A DNA stretch of 62,947 nt, filler included, from Nemertoderma westbladi (GCA_032718475.1; 3 parts of 3 records of this genome joined end to end with filler, not necessarily neighbours in it); one strand, 5' to 3'; positions 13,501-26,816 are shown, counted from the first letter of the whole stretch. Made by a program: numbers and translations. Notes: generated by a model not told the origin, from the letters alone.

Positions 13501-16500
13501 CTGTTTCAGTTTGTATTTGTGCAGGTTATAACGATTGTTTCAGTTTGTAGTTTTGCAGGTTATATTGATTGTTTCAGTTTGTATTTGTGCAGGTTAGAAC
13601 GATTGTTTCAGTTTGTATTTCTGCAGGTTAGACCGATTGTTTCAGTTTGTATTTCTGCAGGTTAGAACGATTGTTTCAGTTTGTATTTCTGCAGGTTAGA
13701 ACGACTGTTTCAGTTTGTATTTCTGCAGGTTAGAACGATTGTTTCAGTTTGTATTTCTGCAGGTTAGAACGATTGTTTCAGTTTGTATTTCTGCAGGTTA
13801 GAACGATTGTTTCAGTTTGTATTTCTGCAGGTTAGAACGATTGTTTCAGTTTTTATTTGTGCAGGTTAGAACGATTGTTTCAGTTTGTATTTGTGCAGGT
13901 TAGACCGTTGTTTCAGTTTGTATTCGTGCAGGTTATAACGATTGTTTCAGTTTGTATTTTTGCAGGTTATATTGATTGTTTCAGTTTGTATTTGTGCAGG
14001 TTAGAACGATTGTTTCAGTTTGTATTTGTGCAGGTTATATCCATTGTTTCAGTTTGTATTTGTGCAGGTTAGAACGATTGTTTCAGTTTGTATTTCTGCA
14101 GGTTAGTCCGATTGTTTCAGTTTGTATTTCTGCAGGTTAGAACGATTGTTTCAGTTTGTATTTCTGCAGGTTAGAACGACTGTTTCAGTTTGTAGTTCTG
14201 CAGGTTAGAACGATTGTTTCAGTTTGTATTTCTGCAGGTTAGAACGATTGTTTCAGTTTGTATTTCTGCAGGTTAGAACGATTGTTTCAGTTTGTATTTG
14301 TGCAGGTTAGACAGTTGTTTCAGTTTGTATTTGTGCAGGTTAGAACGATTGTTTCAGTTCTTATTTGTGCAGGTTAGACCGTTGTTTCAGTTTGTATTTG
14401 TGCAGGTTAGAACGATTGTTTCAGTTTGTATTTGTGCAGGTTATAACGATTGTTTCAGTTTGTATTTCTGCAAGTTAAAACGATTGTTTCAGTTTGTATT
14501 TGTGCAGGTTAGACCGATTGTTTCAGTTTGTATTTGTGCAGATTAAAACGATTGTTTCAGTTTGTATTTGTGCAGGTTATAACGATTGTTTCAGTTTGTA
14601 TTTCTGCAGGTTAGAACGATTGTTTCAGTTTGTATTTCTGCAGGTTAGAACGATTGTTTCAGTTTGTATTTCTGCAGGTTAGAACGATTGTTTCAGTTTG
14701 TATTTGTGCAGGTTAGAACGATTGTTTCAGTTTGTATTTGTGCAGGTTAGACCGTTGTTTCAATTTGTATTCGTGCAGGTTATAACGATTGTTTCAGTTT
14801 GTATTTTTGCAGGTTATATTGATTGTTTCAGTTTGTATTTGTGCAGGTTAGAACGATTGTTTCAGTTTGTATTTGTGCAGGTTATATCCATTGTTTCAGT
14901 TTGTATTTGTGCAGGTTAGAACGATTGTTTCAGTTTGTATTTCTGCAGGTTAGTCCGATTGTTTCAGTTTGTATTTCTGCAGGTTAGAACGATTGTTTCA
15001 GTTTGTATTTCTGCAGGTTAGAACGACTGTTTCAGTTTGTATTTCTGCAGGTTAGAACGATTGTTTCAGTTTGTATTTCTGCAGGTTAGAACAATTGTTT
15101 CAGTTTGTATTTCTGCAGGTTAGAACGATTGTTTCAGTTTGTATTTGTGCAGGTTAGACAGTTGTTTCAGTTTGTATTTGTGCAGGTTAGAACGATTGTT
15201 TCAGTTCGTATTTGTGCAGGTTAGTCCGTTGTTTCAGTTTGTATTTGTGCAGGTTAGAACGATTGTTTCAGTTTGTATTTGTGCAGGTTATAACGATTGT
15301 TTCAGTTTGTATTTCTGCAAGTTAAAACGATTGTTTCAGTTTGTATTTGTGCAGGTTAGACCGATTGTTTCAGTTTGTATTTGTGCAGGTTAGAACGATT
15401 GTTTCAGTTTGTATTTGTGCAGGTTATAACGATTGTTTCAGTTTGTATTTTTGCAGGTTATATTGATTGTTTCAGTTTGTATTTGTGCAGGTTAGAACGA
15501 TTGTTTCAGTTTGTATTTGTGCAGGTTATAACCATTGTTTCAGTTTGTATTTGTGCAGGTTATAACGATTGTTTCAGTTTGTATTTTTGCAGGTTATATT
15601 GATTGTTTCAGTTTGTATTTGTGCAGGTTAGAACGATTGTTTCAGTTTGTATTTGTGCAGGTTATAACCATTGTTTCAGTTTGTATTTGTGCAGGTTAGA
15701 ACGATTGTTTCAGTTTGTATTTGTGCAGGTTAGAACGATTGTTTCAGTTTGTATTTGTGCAGGTTATAACGATTGTTTCAGTTTGTATTTTTGCAGGTTA
15801 TATTGATTGTTTCAGTTTGTATTTGTGCAGGTTAGAACGATTGTTTCAGTTTGTATTTGTGCAGGTTATATCCATTGTTTCAGTTTGTATTTGTGCAGGT
15901 TAGAACGATTGTTTCAGTTTGTATTTCTGCAGGTTAGTCCGATTGTTTCAGTTTGTATTTCTGCAGGTTAGAACGATTGTTTCAGTTTGTATTTGTGCAG
16001 GTTATAACCATTGTTTCAGTTTGTATTTGTGCAGGTTAGAACGATTGTTTCAGTTTGTATTTGTGCAGGTTAGAACGATTGTTTCAGTTTGTTTTTGTGT
16101 AGGTTAGAACGATTGTTTCAGTTTGTATTTGTGCAGGTAAAAACAAATGTTTCAGTTTGTATTTGTGCAGGTTAGAACGATTGTTTCAGTTTGTATTTGT
16201 GCAGGTAAAAACAGTTGTTTCAGTTTGTTTTTGTGCTGGTTAGAACGTTTGTTTCAGTTTGTATTTGTGCATTTTAGAACGATTGTTTCAGTTTGTATTT
16301 GTGCAGGTTAGAACGATTGTTTCAGTTTGTATTTGTGCAGGTTAGAACGATTGTTTCAGTTTGTTTTTGTGTAGGTTAGAACGATTGTTTCAGTTTGTAT
16401 TTGTGCAGGTAAAAACAAATGTTTCAGTTTGTATTTGTGCAGGTTAGAACGATTGTTTCAGTTTGTATTTGTGCAGGTAAAAACAGTTGTTTCAGTTTGT

Positions 16501-19500
16501 ATTTGTGCAGGTTATAACGATTGTTTCAGTTTGTATTTCTGCAGGTTAGAACGATTGTTTCAGTTTGTATTTGTGCAGGTTAGAACGATTGTTTCAGTTT
16601 GTATTTGTGCAGGTTGTAACCATCGCTCAGTTTGTATTTGTGCAGGTTAGAACGATTGTTTCAGTTTGTATTTGTGCAGGTTAGAACGATTGTTTCAGTT
16701 TGTATTTGTGCAGGTTAGAACGATTGTTTCAGTTTGTATTTCTGCAAGTTAAAACGATTGTTTCAGTTTGTATTTGTGCAGGTTAGATCGATTGTTTCAG
16801 TTTGTATTTGTGCAGGTTAGAACGATTGTTTCAGTTTGTATTTGTGCAGGTTATAACGATTGTTTCAGTTTGTATTTTTGCAGGTTATATTGATTGTTTC
16901 AGTTTGTATTTGTGCAGGTTAGAACGATTGTTTCAGTTTGTATTTGTGCAGGTTATAACCATTGTTTCAGTTTGTATTTGTGCAGGTTATAACGATTGTT
17001 TCAGTTTGTATTTTTGCAGGTTATATTGATTGTTTCAGTTTGTATTTGTGCAGGTTAGAACGATTGTTTCAGTTTGTATTTGTGCAGGTTATAACCATTG
17101 TTTCAGTTTGTATTTGTGCAGGTTAGAACGATTGTTTCAGTTTGTATTTGTGCAGGTTAGAACGATTGTTTCAGTTTGTATTTGTGCAGGTTATAACGAT
17201 TGTTTCAGTTTGTATTTTTGCAGGTTATATTGATTGTTTCAGTTTGTATTTGTGCAGGTTAGAACGATTGTTTCAGTTTGTATTTGTGCAGGTTATATCC
17301 ATTGTTTCAGTTTGTATTTGTGCAGGTTAGAACGATTGTTTCAGTTTGTATTTCTGCAGGTTAGTCCGATTGTTTCAGTTTGTATTTCTGCAGGTTAGAA
17401 CGATTGTTTCAATTTGTATTTGTGCAGGTTATAACCATTGTTTCAGTTTGTATTTGTGCAGGTTAGAACGATTGTTTCAGTTTGTATTTGTGCAGGTTAG
17501 AACGATTGTTTCAGTTTGTTTTTGTGTAGGTTAGAACGATTGTTTCAGTTTGTATTTGTGCAGGTAAAAACAAATGTTTCAGTTTGTATTTGTGCAGGTT
17601 AGAACGATTGTTTCAGTTTGTATTTGTGCAGGTAAAAACAGTTGTTTCAGTTTGTTTTTGTGCTGGTTAGAACGTTTGTTTCAGTTTGTATTTGTGCATT
17701 TTAGAACGATTGTTTCAGTTTGTATTTGTGCAGGTTAGAACGATTGTTTCAGTTTGTATTTGTGCAGGTTAGAACGATTGTTTCAGTTTGTTTTTGTGTA
17801 GGTTAGAACGATTGTTTCAGTTTGTATTTGTGCAGGTAAAAACAAATGTTTCAGTTTGTATTTGTGCAGGTTAGAACGATTGTTTCAGTTTGTATTTGTG
17901 CAGGTAAAAACAGTTGTTTCAGTTTGTATTTGTGCAGGTTATAACGATTGTTTCAGTTTGTATTTCTGCAGGTTAGAACGATTGTTTCAGTTTGTATTTG
18001 TGCAGGTTAGAACGATTGTTTCAGTTTGTATTTGTGCAGGTTGTAACCATCGTTTCAGTTTGTATTTGTGCAGGTTAGAACGATTGTTTCAGTTTGTATT
18101 TGTGCAGGTTAGAACGATTGTTTCAGTTTGTATTTGTGCAGGTTAGAACGATTGTTTCAGTTTGTATTTCTGCAGGTTAGACCGATTGTTTCAGTTTGTA
18201 TTTCTGCAGGTTAGAACGATTGTTTCAGTTTGTATTTCTGCAGGTTAGAACGACTGTTTCAGTTTGTATTTCTGCAGGTTAGAACGATTGTTTCAGTTTG
18301 TATTTCTGCAGGTTAGAACGACTGTTTCAGTTTGTATTTCTGCAGGTTAGAACGATTGTTTCAGTTTGTATTTGTGCAGGTTAGAACGATTGTTTCAGTT
18401 TGTATTTGTGCAGGTTATAACCATCGTTTCAGTTTGTATTTGTGCAGGTTAGAACGATTGTTTCAGTTTGTATTTGTGCAGGTTAGAACGATTGTTTCAG
18501 TTTGTATTTGTGCAGGTTAGAACGATTGTTTCAGTTTGTATTTCTGCAGGTTAGACCGATTGTTTCAGTTTGTATTTCTGCAGGTTAGAACGATTGTTTC
18601 AGTTTGTATTTCTGCAGGTTAGAACGATTGTTTCAGTTTGTATTTGTGCAGGTTAGAACGATTGTTTCAGTTTGTATTTGTGCAGGTTAGAACGATTGTT
18701 TCAGTTTGTATTTGTGCAGGTTAGAACGACTGTTTCAGTTTGTATTTCTGCAGGTTAGAACGATTGTTTCAGTTTGTATTTGTGCAGGTTAGAACGATTG
18801 TTTCAGTTTGTATTTGTGCAGGTTATAACCATCGTTTCAGTTTATATTTGTGCAGGTTAGAACGATTGTTTCAGTTTGTATTTGTGCAGGTTAGAACGAT
18901 TGTTTCAGTTTGTATTTGTGCAGGTTAGAACGATTGTTTCAGTTTGTATTTCTGCAGGTTAGACCGATTGTTTCAGTTTGTATTTCTGCAGGTTAGAACG
19001 ATTGTTTCAGTTTGTATTTCTGCAGGTTAGAACGACTGTTTCAGTTTGTATTTCTGCAGGTTAGAACGATTGTTTCAGTTTGTATTTCTGCAGGTTAGAA
19101 CGATTGTTTCAGTTTGTATTTGTGCAGGTTAGAACGATTGTTTCAGTTTGTATTTGTGCAGGTTAGAACGATTGTTTCATTTCGTATTTGTGCAGGTTAG
19201 ACCGTTGTTTCAGCTTGTATTTGTGCAGGTTAGAGCGATTGTTTCAGTTTGTATTTGTGCAGGTTATAACGATTATTTCAGTTTGTATTTCTGCAAGTTA
19301 AAACGATTGTTTCAGTTTGTAATTGTGCAGGTTAGACCGCTGTTTCAGTTTGTATTTGTGCAGGTTATAACGATTGTTTCAGTTTGTAGTTTTGCAGGTT
19401 ATATTGATTGTTTCAGTTTGTATTTGTGCAGGTTAGAACGATTGTTTCAGTTTGTATTTCTGCAGGTTAGACCGATTGTTTCAGTTTGTATTTCTGCAGG

Positions 19501-22500
19501 TTAGAACGATTGTTTCAGTTTGTATTTCTGCAGGTTAGAACGACTGTTTCAGTTTGTATTTCTGCAGGTTAGAACGATTGTTTCAGTTTGTATTTCTGCA
19601 GGTTAGAACGATTGTTTCAGTTTGTATTTCTGCAGGTTAGAACGATTGTTTCAGTTTGTATTTCTGCAGGTTAGAACGATTGTTTCAGTTTGTATTTGTG
19701 CAGGTTAGAACGATTGTTTCAGTTTGTATTTGTGCAGGTTAGACCGTTGTTTCAGTTTGTATTCGTGCAGGTTATAACGATTGTTTCAGTTTGTATTTTT
19801 GCAGGTTATATTGATTGTTTCAGTTTGTATTTGTGCAGGTTAGAACGATTGTTTCAGTTTGTATTTGTGCAGGTTATATCCATTGTTTCAGTTTGTATTT
19901 GTGCAGGTTAGAACGATTGTTTCAGTTTGTATTTCTGCAGGTTTGTCCGATTGTTTCAGTTTGTATTTCTGCAGGTTAGAACGATTGTTTCAGTTTGTAT
20001 TTCTGCAGGTTAGAACGACTGTTTCAGTTTTTATTTCTGCAGGTTAGAACGATTGTTTCAGTTTGTATTTCTGCAGGTTAGAACGATTGTTTCAGTTTGT
20101 ATTTCTGCAGGTTAGAACGATTGTTTCAGTTTGTATTTGTGCAGGTTAGACAGTTGTTTCAGTTTGTATTTGTGCAGGTTAGAACGATTGTTTCAGTTCT
20201 TATTTGTGCAGGTTAGACCGTTGTTTCAGTTTGTATTTGTGCAGGTTAGAACGATTGTTTCAGTTTGTATTTGTGCAGGTTATAACGATTGTTTCAGTTT
20301 GTATTTCTGCAAGTTAAAACGATTGTTTCAGTTTGTATTTGTGCAGGTTAGACCGATTGTTTCAGTTTGTATTTGTGCAGGTTAGAACGATTGTTTCAGT
20401 TTGTATTTGTGCAGGTTATAACGATTGTTTCAGTTTGTATTTCTGCAGGTTAGAACGATTGTTTCAGTTTGTATTTCTGCAGGTTAGAACGATTGTTTCA
20501 GTTTGTATTTCTGCAGGTTAGAACGATTGTTTCAGTTTGTATTTGTGCAGGTTAGAACGATTGTTTCAGTTTGTATTTGTGCAGGTTAGACCGTTGTTTC
20601 AGTTTGTATTCGTGCAGGTTATAACGATTGTTTCAGTTTGTATTTTTGCAGGTTATATTGATTGTTTCAGTTTGTATTTGTGCAGGTTAGAACGATTGTT
20701 TCAGTTTGTATTTGTGCAGGTTATATCCATTGTTTCAGTTTGTATTTGTGCAGGTTAGAACGATTGTTTCAGTTTGTATTTCTGCAGGTTAGTCCGATTG
20801 TTTCAGTTTGTATTTCTGCAGGTTAGAACGATTGTTTCAGTTTGTATTTCTGCAGGTTAGAACGACTGTTTCAGTTTGTATTTCTGCAGGTTAGAACAAT
20901 TGTTTCAGTTTGTATTTCTGCAGGTTAGAACGATTGTTTCAGTTTGTATTTCTGCAGGTTAGAACGATTGTTTCAGTTTGTATTTGTGCAGGTTAGACAG
21001 TTGTTTCAGTTTGTATTTGTGCAGGTTAGAACGATTGTTTCAGTTCGTATTTGTGCAGGTTAGTCCGTTGTTTCAGTTTGTATTTGTACAGGTTAGAACG
21101 ATTGTTTCAGTTTGTATTTGTGCAGGTTATAACGATTGTTTCAGTTTGTATTTCTGCAAGTTAAAACGATTGTTTCAGTTTGTATTTGTGCAGGTTAGAC
21201 CGATTGTTTCAGTTTGTATTTGTGCAGGTTAGAACGATTGTTTCAGTTTGTATTTGTGCAGGTTATAACGATTGTTTCAGTTTGTATTTTTGCAGGTTAT
21301 ATTGATTGTTTCAGTTTGTATTTGTGCAGGTTAGAACGATTGTTTCAGTTTGTATTTGTGCAGGTTATAACCATTGTTTCAGTTTGTATTTGTGCAGGTT
21401 ATAACGATTGTTTCAGTTTGTATTTTTGCAGGTTATATTGATTGTTTCAGTTTGTATTTGTGCAGGTTAGAACGATTGTTTCAGTTTGTATTTATGCAGG
21501 TTATAACCATTGTTTCAGTTTGTATTTGTGCAGGTTAGAACGATTGTTTCAGTTTGTATTTGTGCAGGTTAGAACGATTGTTTCAGTTTGTATTTGTGCA
21601 GGTTATAACGATTGTTTCAGTTTGTATTTTTGCAGGTTATATTGATTGTTTCAGTTTGTATTTGTGCAGGTTAGAACGATTGTTTCAGTTTGTATTTGTG
21701 CAGGTTATATCCATTGTTTCAGTTTGTATTTGTGCAGGTTAGAACGATTGTTTCAGTTTGTATTTCTGCAGGTTAGTCCGATTGTTTCAGTTTGTATTTC
21801 TGCAGGTTAGAACGATTGTTTCAGTTTGTATTTGTGCAGGTTATAACCATTGTTTCAGTTTGTATTTGTGCAGGTTAGAACGATTGTTTCAGTTTGTATT
21901 TGTGCAGGTTAGAACGATTGTTTCAGTTTGTTTTTGTGTAGGTTAGAACGATTGTTTCAGTTTGTATTTGTGCAGGTAAAAACAAATGTTTCAGTTTGTA
22001 TTTGTGCAGGTTAGAACGATTGTTTCAGTTTGTATTTGTGCAGGTAAAAACAGTTGTTTCAGTTTGTATTTGTGCTGGTTAGAACGTTTGTTTCAGTTTG
22101 TATTTGTGCATTTTAGAACGATTGTTTCAGTTTGTATTTGTGCAGGTTAGAACGATTGTTTCAGTTTGTATTTGTTCAGGTTAGAACGATTGTTTCAGTT
22201 TGTTTTTGTGTAGGTTAGAACGATTGTTTCAGTTTGTATTTGTGCAGGTAAAAACAAATGTTTCAGTTTGTATTTGTGCAGGTTAGAACGATTGTTTCAG
22301 TTTGTATTTGTGCAGGTAAAAACAGTTGTTTCAGTTTGTATTTGTGCAGGTTATAACGATTGTTTCAGTTTGTATTTCTGCAGGTTAGAACGATTGTTTC
22401 AGTTTGTATTTGTGCAGGTTAGAACGATTGTTTCAGTTTGTATTTGTGCAGGTTGTAACCATCGTTTCAGTTTGTATTTGTGCAGGTTAGAACGATTGTT

Positions 22501-25078
22501 TCAGTTTGTATTTGTGCAGGTTAGAACGATTGTTTCAGTTTGTATTTGTGCAGGTTAGAACGATTGTTTCAGTTTGTATTTCTGCAGGTTAGACCGATTG
22601 TTTCAGTTTGTATTTCTGCAGGTTAGAACGATTGTTTCAGTTTGTATTTCTGCAGGTTAGAACGACTGTTTCAGTTTGTATTTCTGCAGGTTAGAACGAT
22701 TGTTTCAGTTTGTATTTCTGCAGGTTAGAACGACTGTTTCAGTTTGTATTTCTGCAGGTTAGAACGATTGTTTCAGTTTGTATTTGTGCAGGTTAGAACG
22801 ATTGTTTCAGTTTGTATTTGTGCAGGTTATAACCATCGTTTCAGTTTGTATTTGTGCAGGTTAGAACGATTGTTTCAGTTTGTATTTGTGCAGGTTAGAA
22901 CGATTGTTTCAGTTTGTATTTGTGCAGGTTAGAACGATTGTTTCAGTTTGTATTTCTGCAGGTTAGACCGATTGTTTCAGTTTGTATTTCTGCAGGTTAG
23001 AACGATTGTTTCAGTTTGTATTTCTGCAGGTTAGAACGATTGTTTCAGTTTGTATTTGTGCAGGTTAGAACGATTGTTTCAGTTTGTATTTCTGCAGGTT
23101 AGAACGACTGTTTCAGTTTGTATTTCTGCAGGTTAGAACGACTGTTTCAGTTTGTATTTCTGCAGGTTAGAACGATTGTTTCAGTTTGTATTTGTGCAGG
23201 TTAGAACGATTGTTTCAGTTTGTATTTGTGCAGGTTATAACCATCGTTTCAGTTTGTATTTGTGCAGGTTAGAACGATTGTTTCAGTTTGTATTTGTGCA
23301 GGTTAGAACGATTGTTTCAGTTTGTATTTGTGCAGGTTAGAACGATTGTTTCAGTTTGTATTTCTGCAGGTTAGACCGATTGTTTCAGTTTGTATTTCTG
23401 CAGGTTAGAACGATTGTTTCAGTTTGTATTTCTGCAGGTTAGAACGATTGTTTCAGTTTGTATTTGTGCAGGTTAGAACGATTGTTTCAGTTTGTATTTG
23501 TGCAGGTTAGAACGATTGTTTCAGTTTGTATTTGTGCAGGTTAGAACGACTGTTTCAGTTTGTATTTCTGCAGGTTAGAACGATTGTTTCAGTTTGTATT
23601 TGTGCAGGTTAGAACGATTGTTTCAGTTTGTATTTGTGCAGGTTATAACCATCGTTTCAGTTTATATTTGTGCAGGTTATGAACGATTGTTTCAGTTTGT
23701 ATTTGTGCAGGTTAGAACGATTGTTTCAGTTTGTATTTGTGCAGGTTAGAACGATTGTTTCAGTTTGTATTTCTGCAGGTTAGACCGATTGTTTCAGTTT
23801 GTATTTCTGCAGGTTAGAACGATTGTTTCAGTTTGTATTTCTGCAGGTTAGAACGACTGTTTCAGTTTGTATTTCTGCAGGTTAGAACGATTGTTTCAGT
23901 TTGTATTTCTGCAGGTTAGAACGATTGTTTTAGTTTGTATTTGTGCAGGTTAGAACGATTGTTTCAGTTTGTATTTGTGCAGGTTATAACCATCGTTTCA
24001 GTTTGTATTTGTGCAGGTTAGAACGATTGTTTCAGTTTGTAGTTCTGCAGGTTAGAACGATTGTTTCAGTTTGTATTTCTGCAGGTTAGAACGATTGTTT
24101 CAGTTTGTATTTGTGCAGGTTAGAACGATTGTTTCAGTTTGTATTTCGGCAGGTTAGACCGATTGTTTCAGTTTGTATTTGTGCAGGTTAGAACGATTGT
24201 TTCAGTTTGTATTTGTGCAGGTAAAAACAAATGTTTCAGTTTGTATTTGTGCAGGTTATGACCATTGTTTCAGTTTGTATTTGTGCACGTTAGAACGATT
24301 GTTTCAGTTTGTATTTGTGCAGGTTAGAACGATTGTTTCAGTTTGTATTTCTGCAGGTTAGAACGATTGTTTCAGTTTGTATTTCTGCAGGTTAGAACGA
24401 CTGTTTCAGTTTGTATTTCTGCAGGTTAGAACGATTGTTTCAGTGTGTAATTCTGCAGGTTAGAACGATTGTTTCAGTTTGTATTTCTGCAGGTTAGAAC
24501 GATTGTTTCAGTTTGTATTTGTTGCAGGTTAGACCGTTGTTTCAGTTTGTATTTGTGCAGGTTATAACGATTGTTTCAGTTTGTATTTTTGCAGGTTATA
24601 TTGATTGTTTCAGTTTGTATTTGTGCAGGTTAGAACGATTGTTTCAGTTTGTATTTGTGCAGGTTATAACCATTGTTTCAGTTTGTATTTGTGCAGGTTA
24701 GAACGATTGTTTCAGTTTGTATTTTTGCAGGTTATATTGATTGTTTCAGTTTGTATTTGTGCAGGTTAGAACGATTGTTTCAGTTTGTATTTGTGCAGGT
24801 TATAACCATTGTTTCAGTTTGTATTTCTGCAGGTTAGAACGATTGTTTCAGTTTGTATTTGTGCAGGTTAGACCGTTGTTTCAGTTTGTATTTGTGCAGG
24901 TTATAACGATTGTTTCAGTTTGTATTTTTCCAGGTTATATTGATTTTTTCAGTTTGTATTTCTGCAGGTTAGAACGATTGTTTCAGTTTGTATTTCTGCA
25001 GGTTAGATCGACTGTTTCAGTTTGTATTTCTGCAGGTTAGAACGATTGTTTCAGTTTGTATTTGTGTAGGTTATAACG
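4487..25078 (+). repeat. 34-bp minisatellite, ~600 copies, consensus GTTAGAACGATTGTTTCAGTTTGTATTTGTGCAG
   Basis: Directly visible tandem array with 33-bp and point variants. Higher-order block duplications are present. The many short ORFs in the track over this region are by-products of the repeat. Confidence 0.99.
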
Positions 25079-25085
25079 GTTATAT

Positions 25086-25371
25086 TGAAAAATATCGAGA
25101 CATGAAAAATATCGAGAGTAAAAATAACGCGAGTAAAAACATCGAGTGTTGAAAAATAACGATAATATCGAGAGTTAAAAAAATATCGAGAGTAAAAATA
25201 ACGCGAGTAAAAACATCGAGTGTTGAAAAATAACGATAATATCGAGAGTTAAAAAAATATCGAGAGTAAAAATATCGAGGGTAAAAATATCGAGAGTAAA
25301 AATATCGAGGGTAAAAATATCGAGAGTAAAAATACCGAGTGTTGAAAAATATCGAGAGTAAAAATATCGAG
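25086..25371. repeat. Degenerate 15-17-bp tandem repeat (AAAAATATCGAGAGT)n
   Basis: Visible directly after the large array, with a ~74-bp internal duplication. It resembles the subterminal arrays of DNA transposons. Confidence 0.85.
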
Positions 25372-25797
25372 GGGAGGGGGGAAGGTTGTCAGTTTGCGTG
25401 ACACTTTGTGAAATATAGTTGCATCTGAATACAAAAAGTGGAGCAAAAATCAATTAAATGTTTTCAGAAAATTTTTTTGTTTTAAATTACTAGCTATTTC
25501 AAAATTAAAATAACTATGTTCCAGAAAAATATATTTTTTATTTTATTTATATTCTAGAATAGTACATATATATATATATATGGTGTTCTAGAACTCAGCA
25601 TTGTTGCAATAGTAACAAGGATTAAGGTTTAAAAAGTGTAGAACATACAGAACTCTTGTCAAAATAAAAATACAATTCTGGCTTCCGCGGCTGCCTGCTC
25701 TGGACTCTCCTACTCCCTTTTTGAGTCTCCGGTGGACGCCCCCTCCCCATCCCACAACCGTGCCCTCGCTGCGTGGTAAACGACTCTCGATCCTGTC

Positions 25798-26716
25798 GTG
25801 ACCCCCGTCCCCCCGCCTCTCGCGCCACCATCCTTTACGCCACTGCCACCGTCACCACACGCGACGCCACCGCCACCATCCGCGACACCACCGCCTCCAC
25901 CACCCACGACGCCACAACCCACGACGCCACCGCCACCAGCCCTGTCACCACCGCCTCCACCCACGACGACGCCACCACCCACTACGCCACCGCTACCACC
26001 CGTGACATCACCGCCTCCACCCACGACGCTACCACCCACGACGCCACCGCCACCATCCGCAACACCAACCACCCCCGCTGCTTTTCCGTCCGCGGCCACC
26101 AAGCAGTGGGCCTACCTGGCCCCTGTCCACGAGGCCAGGCTAACAGCCCTGCGGGAGTCCCTCCCACCATCCGGGGTGGCGAGGTTGAACTCCCTGGACC
26201 ACCCCGCCGCAGGCTGCTGGCTTGACGCCATCCCCGTCAGCTCTCTGGGACTGAAGCTGACGGACTCGCAGTTCCGGATCTCGGTCGGCACTCGCCTTGG
26301 GAGCAGGCTAACCGAGCCCCACAGCTGTGCCCGGTGTGGCAAGGATGTTCTGTCGGATGGCCTTCATGGGCTATCCTGCTCTAGGAGCCTCGGCAGACTT
26401 CCGCGCCACTCAATGGTTAATGACATTGTTCGCCGGGCGCTCATCAGCTGTGGCGTCCCCGCTACGCTCGAGCCTCTAGGCTTGTGTAGAGGGGATGGGA
26501 AGCGAGTAGATGGCGTCACCCTGGTCCCGTGGAGCCGCGGACGGTTCCTCACGTGGGACGCGACGGTGGCGGACCCTCTGGCACCCAGCCACCTCGCCCA
26601 GACTCTATCCGCGGGAGGCCGTACTGCGGAGGAAGCGGAATCTCTAAAGATCCGCAAGTATCAGGAACTCATGGACCGGGGCTACCTCTTCCACCCGGTA
26701 GCCTACGAGACCTTGG
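25798..26716 (+). mobile_element. CRE-clade-like non-LTR retrotransposon fragment: Pro/Thr-rich repeat fused to C-terminal zinc knuckle and restriction-like endonuclease, truncated by gap
   Basis: AGCWLDAIPVSSLGLKL...FRISVGTRLG...HSCARCG...GLHGLSC...RHSMVNDIV...DGKRVDGVTLVPW...WDATVAD...KIRKY...PVAYETL is the typical CRE/RLE C-terminus. No RT domain lies upstream. Confidence 0.8.
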
Positions 26717-26816
26717 NNNNNNNNNNNNNNNNNNNNNNNNNNNNNNNNNNNNNNNNNNNNTTAATTAATTAANNNNNNNNNNNNNNNNNNNNNNNNNNNN
26801 NNNNNNNNNNNNNNNN
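26717..26816. other. Assembly gap with artificial six-frame stop linker
   Basis: N-run with central TTAATTAATTAA (26761-26772), total 100 nt. Confidence 0.97.

Noticed and set aside
4506-25078. CRISPR array, or dozens of small Cys-rich membrane-protein genes
   Set aside because: There are no unique spacers and no cas genes, and the context is eukaryotic. The ORFs are the three frames of one 34-bp repeat, opened by TTG starts.
26761-26772. TTAATTAATTAA palindrome as a biological site (also 54288-54299)
   Set aside because: It is centred in fixed 100-nt N runs, so it is an assembly linker with stops in six frames.
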